Assembly (NCBI GenBank): GCA_020137815.1
Contig: CM035360.1
Location: 6,448,001 to 6,512,000, forward strand
DNA: 64,000 bases
Origin: Hormiphora californensis
Taxonomy: Eukaryota > Animalia > Ctenophora
Direction of reading: 5' to 3'
Shown: positions 37,601-45,145 of the stretch, one piece after another
How positions within the stretch are numbered: position 1 is the stretch's first letter
How the letters are laid out: each line of letters begins with the position of its first letter
Notes under the pieces: model-generated
What the model was told of the DNA's origin: nothing
What the model saw: the letters and a program-made list of their open reading frames with translations, nothing else
Database searches by the model: none
Program-made: the position numbers and the translations under genes

Positions 37601-40600
37601 CTCCCTGAGCCTGCAGCCGGAGAATCTAGCCCTGCCCCTGCAGCCGGAGAATCTAGCCCTGCCCCTGCAGCCGGAGGATCTAGCCCTGCCCCTCCTTCCC
37701 CCGCCAAACCCGGACCATCAGGCCTTGCCAAGACAACAGGTCCCTCTAAGAAATTGTCCGACTCTCCAAAGACGATTGATGGAGATACGTACTATGTTAT
37801 CAGACCTGAGGGTTACAACGGGGAACAGAGTTTTAGTGTGAAGCAGTGCTGTGGCAATGAGCTGAAGATCGTTATAAAACCGGAACACTACTTCGGAGGT
37901 GGAGGTCCTCGCGAACAAGAAACAGCAAGAATTGGATGCTGTCAACAAGAAGTGTACCGCACTAAGCAAGGAGAAGCAGGCCATCAAGGAGAAGATAAAG
38001 GTGTCTGGAAATCAGATCTGTGACGCTAAAGAACGTCTCCGTGAGATCAAGATCCAGCTGCTGTTCAAGCTTGCTCGACTTGCCACCTGGCAAAGGAAGA
38101 AGGAGGTGGAGGCGGAGATCCGACCTAATAACACTGATCCAAAGGAGCATTACCTGACCCAAGAAAAGAAACTCCGGGATATGGAAAAGAAATACAGGGA
38201 ACAGAGTGAAAAGGTCATGGGTCTGAGGGATAATATTAGGTCTACAATTGAGGAACATGTTTTCTTGGATTCACTAGGCGAGGATCTAAAGATTGAGAAT
38301 AGGAGGGTCCGAGATCAATCCCGTAACAACCAAGTTGTTTTGGAGAGTTTGAAACAGCAAAATGCCGAGTTGGAGGCCAAATGTAAGATCTACTGGGAAA
38401 AACATTCCGAGACCACGGCACAGGTAGAGGAGTTAGATGCTGAAGCGGAGAACATCGCTCGAGAAAATGACAAAATTGTAGCGCAGAATGAAAGGATGGC
38501 AGTGATTGCCAAAGAAACTATCTCTTCTGCCTCCAAGAAGGTTCAGCAAATGGCAGGTGTGATCTCTGCATTGTCTTCTGGCCCATCTCCCAAGACTGGC
38601 CCACCGCCCAAGACTGGCCCATCTCCCAAGACTGGCCAACCGCCCAAGACTCGTCCATCTCCCAAGACTGGCCTAGCTCCCAAGACTCGTCCATCTCCCA
38701 AGACTGGCCTAGCTCCCAAGACTGGCCTAGCTCCCAAGAATAGGGCCCCCAAGTCTCCCAGGACCCCCGGCCCAAGGAAGTCAGGTCCTCCTACCCCCTT
38801 GACCGCTAATCTCCGACGATCGGGTGGCGTGAGAAAGCCAGGTGAAAGATTGCCTACTAAACCCTCTCAACAGAAGGGGCCTGCTACAGGAAAAAGGAAG
38901 GCTACTGGAGCACCCACAGCCTCGGCTGCCCGTGCAGGAGCCAAAAAGGTCAGTATCGTTGAAGTTGCTGCCTCCGCGCCTACAGATGCAGAGATCAGGG
39001 CAGAAAGAGAGCGACAAGAATTTGAATACGAAGAACAAATGATGGCTATTCAAGAGGCAGAAGACGAGAGCAACAGAGAATTTGAGAGAATTGAGTATGA
39101 AGAAAAAATGAATGCCATTCGAGAGGCCGGTACAAGGGCCCGAGCAACATTAGCAAAGAACGGCGCTGCTCCAGCACAGGTCTCCAAGACCCCAAGTGAC
39201 CTAATGAGACGGCTCCAAATTATTAAGGACAAACAAAGGGGTAACGACAAAATTAATGCCCTGCGAGAGGCTGCTGCACAGGCCCGGAGAACTGCTCCCC
39301 AGGTGGATCCCAAGGTCAAAAGTGATCTGATGAAACGGCTACAGGCTGTAAAGGACAAACAATACCAATGAAACTGAGTCCTGGCCAAATTCCAGTGAAC
39401 TTGTTCGCTGATCAAACCCATTAGATGTATTGTTATTTCACCAGAATTGTAATTGTAATTGAGTGATTATGTGTAATCTTGATTTGTTTATCCCTGAATC
39501 TTTTAGCTTTGAATATAATGTGTTTTATTATCCCCAAAATCCCAATCGCACCCCCACCCTCCCACAAAGGCACAAACCTCACACGGCGTGCCTGGTGAAA
39601 TTTTAACACGACCTAGCATGCGACGGGAAACCACCACTTGTACGTGGTAGCTGAGGGTCTACAGAATGGCGCTACGGTGCGGGAAAAAACATTCCATTCC
39701 CTAAAATCTTTTTTTTTACTTTTATTTGATTTGGGTCAAAATTGGCTATATTAAACGTGGTCCCGAAAAATCCATAATGACTTAGCACACGAAATATGTC
39801 ACCCCTACCTATTTTTGCACGTAGAATCGATTGCCGTTAAAGTCGAATCTCTAAAATGACTGTAAAATGGTGAAAAATTGATTTTTTACCATTTTTTGGA
39901 GGTTTTTAGCCCCTAAACCATTGAAAACGTTGAGATAGGAATTTGAAACTAGTGCCAATCGTTAAAATGGTCATTTTTCTACCAAGAACCAAGTTTTCGT
40001 GTATATCCGATTTATGGTTAGATTTGGGCAAATTGTTGAAATCTGCCAACTAGGAGAACCGTAACTTGATTTTCTTGTTTTTTGGATTTTGGCATTTTCG
40101 ACAAACTTCTGATTGAAATGGTCAATCGGGACCATGCTTAAGTTGTTTATGGGACAATTTTCGACTAAAATCCAAGATTTCATACCAATCCAATAACAGA
40201 TCGTTGATTTATAGAAAATTTAAGTAAGCAAAACGGTGAAAATAAGCAAGAAAAGTTGTCATTTTGACCGTTTTGCCTACTTAAATTTTCTATAAACCAA
40301 CGATCTGTTATTGGATTGGTATGAAATCTTGGATTTTAGTCGAAAATTGTCCCATAAACAACTTAAGCATGGTCCCGATTGACCATTTCAATCAGAAGTT
40401 TGTCGAAAATGCCAAAATCCAAAAAACAAGAAAATCAAGTTACGGTTCTCCTAGTTGGCAGATTTCAACAATTTGCCCAAATCTAACCATAAATCGGATA
40501 TACACGAAAACTTAGTTCTTGGTAGAAAAATGACCATTTTAACGATTGGCACTAGTTTCAAATTCCTATCTCAACGTTTTCAATGGTTTAGGGGCTAAAA

Positions 40601-43600
40601 ACCTCCAAAAAATGGTAAAAAATCAACTTTTGACCATTTTACAGTCATTTTAGAGATTCGACTTCAACGGCAATCGATTTTACGTGCAAAAATAGGTGGG
40701 CGTGACATATTTCGAGTGCTAAGTCATTATGGATTTTTCGGGACCACGTTTAATATAGCCAATTTTGACCCAAATCAAATAAAAGTAAAAAAAAAGATTT
40801 TAGGGAATGGAATGTTTTTTCCCGCACCGTAGCGCCATTCTGTAGACCCTCAGCTACCACGTACAAGTGGTGGTTTCCCGTAGCATGCTAGGTCGTGTTA
40901 AAGTTTCACCAGGCACGCCGTGCTCACCCATCGTCCCAAAAAACACAACAACAGACATTCACAATACAACTCCTCCCACGCATACACCATTTCTCTGTAT
41001 TTCAATTGATCTATCGAACTCTCACAGAGCGCATGAAGTGACGCTGTGAGAGCGACACAATGTTTCACCCTGAGATCACCCCTGAGCTTCAGACTCTCAT
41101 GGAACGTCTTACAGTCCAGGACCACGCATACACCTGGTACTCAAATGCCACCTTCGAGAAGGTCTACCCGAAGTTGCAGGAGATGGAGAGCACTCTTCCT
41201 ATCTGGCAGATCCACAGTTTCCCCAACGCCAAACTTGTCGAGTTCGGTGACCAGGCTAAGAATGATGACTTGATCCTGCCCAGGGAACAGCTGAGGTATT
41301 TGATTGAGCTGACAGAGCAGGAGAAGCCCTTCTCCTTCATCAAAAAGGACCAGAGAGAACAGAGGCTGAAGGAACTCCGGTCTGTTGTGGACATTGAGGA
41401 TGTTGTGGAGTTCGGAAACGATGATCTTCTCGTTATTTGGGCCCTCCAGGAGAAGAGCAGTGCACCTGGGTTTGGAAACAACTTTGGAGAAAGCTGTGGA
41501 AATAACATCGAGATCATCACCCAGCCAATCTACGTGGGTGACATTGATGATGATGAAGATCCCACTGGTCTGATGAATTGTCTCGTCAAGATTGCCCATC
41601 TGAAACAGGATGAGATCGAGATGTACTACAAGAAGATCAGCAAGGGTAATGACGAAGTGTTCAAGATCAGTAAAATCATCACCACCACCGCCAGCATGAA
41701 GGAACGAGAGGAGGGGCTGGTAGCGAAGCTGAAGGCCCGTATTGCCACTGGTATTGAAAAACTGGAGAACTTGGAGACAATGGTCGATATGGGCACGAGG
41801 TCCGGTCACAACGAATATGTCAAGTTTGCTGATCAGCTGGGACCTCTGACGAAACAAATCATCCAGAGGATCGTCGACCACAGGGCCCTCATCTCGGACC
41901 AGACCGCCAAGCTGCGCCATGCAGCGGAGAAGAAAGCAAAGATGCAAGCTAACATTAGTACAATCCGCAAACAGATGAAGAAATTGGAGGAGGAAAAGCA
42001 AAGAGATGCCGCTGCTTATGATGTTCTGAAACGACAGAACCAGGACCTCCGACAAAAGTATGAGGAGCTGTCGGGACGATCTGCTGATCATGTGCTCTCC
42101 AAGGTCCCTCAAAAGAAGGAGGCTGCACCCAACCCAATGGCTGAGGTGAACCTACCATACGAAGATGTGTCTGCCCGGGATGCTCATTAACGGGTGATAA
42201 CTAAAAGATGTCACAAATTTAAAACAGCTGTAGAATTTTTCCCTTTTGAGATACAGCTTCGGGCCAGTTATAAAACGATTTTTCAGACAATTTTGAATCG
42301 GAATAATATACCGGCAAAGACTAAAAAGTTCGTTTTCATTGCGATATCACATCATTTCCTTTTGCCCCACCAAAGCATTTAGTACGTGATATTTACACAC
42401 TTTTCTAGCACCTCTAGCACCTGTTCTGTTCAAGATTCAGCTTCGGGACAGTGACAGAATGATTTATCAGACAATTTTGAACGAAATTAACTTTGTTTCA
42501 AACTTCATAAGTCTCAATTTCCTGATCAGAATCTTCTGTAACAAAGCGTAGTTTACAGGTAATTTGGGAAATCGCCATTTCGACGATCTCTTGAAACATT
42601 AATGACCGTGAAAACCAATTACTTAATGGGCTAAAATGTTCAAACTTGGCAGTTATGTTGGCTATGGCATGAACAACCAAAGCTCCAATTTTTAGAATTT
42701 TATCTCATTGGAAAAGTCATTTCTGATCACATAGAAGTTTCAAATCTCCGTACTACATGCTTTGGTGGGACAAGATGAAATGATCAGATATCGCAATAAA
42801 AATGAACTTTTTAGGTTTTGCCGGTATATTATCCCGATTCAAAATTGTCTGAAAAATCGTTCTATAACTGGCCCGAAGCTGTATCTCATAAGGGAAAAAT
42901 TCTACAGCTGTTTTAAATTTGTGACATCTTTTAGTTATCACCCGTTACTACCAGAATAAGGTGAAGAAGTACAAGCGTGGGGAACAATGGTCAAGGAAGG
43001 CCATTCGAAGACCAAAAGTGATCTCATGAAACGGCTGCTGGCTGTAAATAAGGACAATAGAAATAGATGAAACTATCCTGGCCAAATTCCAGTGAACTTG
43101 TTCGCTGATCAAACCCATTGATTTTATTTCACCAGAATTGTAATTTTAATTGAGTGATTGTGTGTTACCTTGATGTGTTTATCCTTGAGTACTGTTTTAG
43201 TTTTGAATTTGTGTTTTATTTCCTTCGAAACCCCAATCCCACCACTCACACCCCACTCTCTCCAACCCTCACCCATCGCCCCACAACAACCCACAAACAC
43301 AACAACAGACATTCACAACACAACTCCACTCTCCCACACAATTACCTGTTCTCTGTGTTTCACCCTCCTTCCAGGGACGACAAGGAGAAATTCACGAGGA
43401 GGTTCCACGCTCTGAAGCATGCCCCTGCCCTCAGCCTGGGTATGGTGGATGTCCGCAAGGTTGACAGGACAACACGAATTGTGGACAGCGACAAGAAGAA
43501 ACCATCTTCTAAACAGGAATGGTAAGTTGTTTTAACCAACCCCCATTCTCACTCCCCTTTGGTTACGAAGTCACTCCTATTATTGCATGAGTTAGCGCAG

Positions 43601-44251
43601 AGGGGGAATTTCATTACCAACACTCCCCTCCCCTTCTCTCTACAGTCTACACCCTTTCTTAACCCACTCCTCCTTCCCTTCTTACCCCGCCAAGTCTCCC
43701 TCCCTTCTCTCCGCACCCTACCTCACCCCTCTTCTCCAGGTATGTAGATGCACTGGAGGAATTGGAAGTTGCCAGATTTATAACCGAGGAAAGAGTGCTG
43801 CAGCAATTGGAACGGTTCGAAACCTTCTCTCACATTGATATAGCTGATGAAATCAAATCAATGAAGGTTCGTGTGGAATATTGTTGATTAAAAAACTCGG
43901 TAGAACTAGAGCCGTAATATCGAAAATTTCTAATTATCCTGTCTCTATTTGTTCCTAATCCCAGTTCCCCCAATTAGGCCAAGTTGTGCTATCTGACTCT
44001 CTCCATGCCGGTATACTACGTTCTACAGTCGGAATACCAGTTTGCTATCCGGGTAAGAAGACAGGTGGATATCCACTGTTGTCCAATTCCCAAATCTTAC
44101 TACAACTGATTCAGTTATTAGCATATTGTGATTGTGAACTGTTTTTCTGTTTCAGTTTATCATCCGAAAATGTCTGAACGTGCAAGAAGATTTCTTTGGT
44201 AGCTGGTTTAAGATGAGATTCAAGAAAGGAAAGGCTGCAGCCTCAGCGTGA
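22690..44251 (+). CDS. CCDC60: CCDC60/DUF4698-like protein; host gene with an 18.9-kb intron
   Basis: Exons from 22690-22843 through 24404-24511, then 43375-43521, 43740-43866, 43978-44052 and 44156-44251, with GT-AG and matching phases once single-base indels near 23157 and 23772 are allowed. Peptides AYKTLGRITLDAKSLTL, RVSATRGGAPYFQTL, LRKDF..KFTRRFHAL, WYVDALEEL..LERF, KLCYLTLSMP..AIRFII..SW resemble CCDC60 as I recall it. Confidence 0.72.
24647..27192 (+). CDS. Nested multi-exon gene, mostly disordered protein with an N-terminal Cys cluster and 3x D(M/L)S(L/I)DxNDSxF repeats; last exon unresolved
   Basis: CTAAC..TTAG|CCATG start. ORFs 24638-24961 and 24937-25629 joined by one frameshift, then about seven short phase-0 GT-AG exons up to a donor at 27193. 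Confidence 0.65.
27813..29232 (+). CDS. Nested intronless gene, S/N-rich low-complexity protein (~450-470 aa)
   Basis: 452-aa ORF 27874-29232. Acceptor CACAG at 27805 and ATG 27813 extend it if one extra base is removed. It could alternatively be the last exon of the 24647 gene. Confidence 0.7.
29408..30088 (+). CDS. Nested intronless gene, 226 aa, unknown function
   Basis: ATG-led ORF preceded by a pyrimidine tract and TTTAG. The short helical segment LLHKLDNLILNKQKNFEKYI..KLDQL resembles LLEKLADLVEKRHKEFEHHI..RLDKL of the preceding ORF. Confidence 0.7.
   Translation: MEPLVDLKELDNTPVRQLKSVRTPKPNSRRRQSRESLSSSDSDTDRRAHLKTPVREFHEKMDKFFEKSQNSSGLEEEQHYFKRHPQFHSTRKGRARPNLDDSPQQLILSPQNSDSSLPIDSLLDIPTFGDILDQMLPTKPEKPKHHMPTKKVSKKVRIQLPGAEIPVDIKVNHGPEERSPAFQDEELLHKLDNLILNKQKNFEKYILSIYDKKLDQLINNVNSRDS
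30233..31393 (+). CDS. Nested intronless gene, 386 aa Ser-rich disordered protein
   Basis: TTTTAG|ACCATG start and a long clean ORF. Confidence 0.7.
   Translation: MDIDPDHDLLQVSLSNQSVEEERFEMQHGPPEKRRLSEPVVNRTISDAVTDQKQLSDTDINPNNDELNLNRLSNSQSRSTWKRLADQGKLSSEESSESIAKTVSEYLSNLESKLRTAISISGKSDKSMASDPDSDWVSDSNESLHLPSHPANISSGTRPTKSEQSIPNIFSCSKVATASSDLSSSNIRAPNNSLSSVNASSSLLLNSAFVPPRISSRDLQDKFSLHASSAAAEQSETDSSEELVLGITPQPYSKEQNKSNISRLSFSQFMSIPEPDLSQVSKHSIRLEPLQVTSVQSVSSVQKEKPFKSSIKNHLASHQRVVKWIDSEATSSSSSDLDVYDPVAFSRWKTARQAKLDKLFSRFDRLHSIIESLTFSDKVNFSDRYH
31449..31711. mobile_element. MITE with ~31-bp TIRs and TA TSD
   Basis: TA|AAGTAGGAATTTTTGAAGTTGTCACCCCC ... GGGGGTGACAACTTCAAAAAATCCGACTT|TA. Same family as 59687-59837. 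Confidence 0.85.
31776..33134 (+). CDS. Nested intronless coiled-coil protein, family member 1 (452 aa)
   Basis: Intact ORF after CTCTATAG acceptor; motif FGESCGKNIQIITQPIY followed by heptad-rich helix. Confidence 0.85.
   Translation: MATRPDQLLYDIEDEVDKVLKLLGIEHDWSEEAQEDKILDAIIEQVDQEDLEDAAIPEITPELQAVMERLTVQDRAYTWYSNATFEKVYPKLQEMESTLPIWQIHSFPNAKLVEFGDQAKNDDLILPREQLRYLIELTEQEKPFSFIKKDQREQRLKELRSVVDIEDVVEFGNDDLLVIWALQEKSSAPGFGNNFGESCGKNIQIITQPIYMGDNEDEDPTGLMASLRKIARLKQDEIEMYYKKVGKANDEVFKISKIITTTASMKEREEGLVAKLKARIATGIENLTNLEKMVDMGKRSGHNEYVKFADQLGTLMKRVAKRTNDHRALISDQTAKLRHAVEKKAKMQTNIGAISKKVKNLEEEERRDTAALDALKRQNQDLRQKYEELSGRSADVLYKTHRKKEAAPNPMAEVNLPYEDVSARDAHYYQNKLKKYRRHSQVHRGSIASMMK
33357..34030 (+). 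CDS. Nested intronless coiled-coil protein, family member 2 (~223 aa, two +1 breaks)
   Basis: ORFs 33357, 33586 and 33848 chain by +1 steps near 33696 and 33763; motif FDTCCGGKIKVVNCPSY. Confidence 0.75.
34417..37317 (+). CDS. Nested intronless coiled-coil protein, family member 3, with acidic 17-aa repeats (several frameshifts)
   Basis: ATG 34417, core ORF 34598-36409, continuations 36372-36803, ~36780-37014 and 37081-37317. Repeats EEDRPTVADDIERRLTV, motif FSESNGGKIKIVTD, tail SKTKSNLISRF. Confidence 0.7.
37565..39371 (+). CDS. Nested intronless coiled-coil protein, family member 4, with PAAGESSPA and GPSPKT repeats (one +1 break)
   Basis: ORF 37565-38023 joins 37899-39371 near 37892; motif FSVKQCCGNELKIVIKPEHY; tail motifs SKTPSDLMRRL and KVKSDLMKRL. 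Confidence 0.8.
39582..40922. mobile_element. Foldback non-autonomous transposon, Chapaev (CMC)-like, ~660-bp arms, 4-bp TSD
   Basis: Termini CACGG...CCGTG flanked by CTCA on both sides. Arms 39582-40243 and 40261-40922. The paralogous empty site at 43268-43271 has a single CTCA. Confidence 0.88.
41060..43070 (+). pseudogene. 5'-truncated, chimeric duplicate of family member 1, interrupted by a MITE
   Basis: 41069 onward copies 31944 onward. A MITE creates TAA at 42188-42190. Coding sequence resumes at 42946 and ends in the tail and 3' flank of member 4. Confidence 0.8.
42190..42945. mobile_element. Tc1/mariner-type MITE, ~195-bp TIRs, TA TSD
   Basis: TA|ACGGGTGATAACTAAAAG ... CTTTTAGTTATCACCCGT|TA. 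The empty site GCTCATTACTAC is present in the paralog at 33051-33062. Confidence 0.92.
43559..43620. mobile_element. 62-bp micro-MITE with 9-bp TSD, same family as 8310-8357
   Basis: TTGGTTACGAAG...TTTCATTACCAA flanked by CACTCCCCT at 43550-43558 and 43621-43629. Confidence 0.8.
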
Positions 44252-45145
44252 TAGTACCCCATATCCTGCTGAGTAATTAAAATGAGGACAATTTTAGTGA
44301 TTGTAAATATGAGTGATTGTCTGTAAATTAATTATTAATTAATTAATTAATTGTTGACAGTGAATTTGATTATTAATTTGTTGATGAAATGAAATTGTAA
44401 CATTTGCTTCCCAGTTCTTTCTCTTAAATTGATCCCATTTTACTTTGTTACAAAATGTGGTAAACCAGGCCATAATTATAACTTTGCCATTTGGGTGCTG
44501 GGCGACAGGAACCGTGGCAACCAGGGGTGGCATTCCTCTCCAAGATTGGGGCGCGCGCTGACTTGAGGCTGGTGAAAGTACACGTGTAAGCATCAAGCTA
44601 AACAGAAATAGTGCGCGCGGCCAATCACCTTTCAAACCGGAGACTCCGCCCTTAAAATGATTCTGGAATGAACCACGGCCGTTTAACAAGGGAAACTGCG
44701 TGTTTTGGGCTGTTTTAAAAGGAATCAAACGTTTATTTTGACAGTGTCAGAACGTTGCAGTGAAACTAAGACACGCTGCCGTCTTGGTTGCGTGTCAAAA
44801 ACTGATAAACCCGCTACACAAACTGTTACAAACATGTATACCAGCTCTAATACAAACGCACTTAGGCACAGAAAAACGCGAATATATCTCTGGCACACAC
44901 ACATACAGCGTCCTAATGGGGGCAATGTCGTACAAAAATTAAAGTTCTCAGCAGCTCAGCAAAACTCTCTCTCTATCTCTCTCTCTAGGAAGATCACCCA
45001 GTGTCCTCACTTAATATTTACACCCTGACGCGGAGCTCGTAGAATAAATACTACCAGACAATAAATACACACAGCTACTACCCCTTTAAATAATAACCCT
45101 GTCGTGTATGTCCCATTTTAGTGATCACTTTCTCTATTACAATTT

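Noticed and set aside
33690-37900. Programmed +1 ribosomal frameshifting at TAC-T
   Set aside because: Other breaks lack the motif, paralog alignment (KLATVQKK vs RLATWQRK) favours a simple extra base, and conserved genes show the same extra-base pattern.
39971-40515. Identical small ORFs on opposite strands (also 42194/42753 and 48648/49600)
   Set aside because: They arise from the inverted arms of foldback elements and show no protein-like features.
24512-43374. Nested cluster as a Polinton, endogenous virus or giant transposon
   Set aside because: No polymerase, integrase, ATPase, capsid or transposase motifs, no bounding terminal repeats, and one nested gene has spliceosomal introns.
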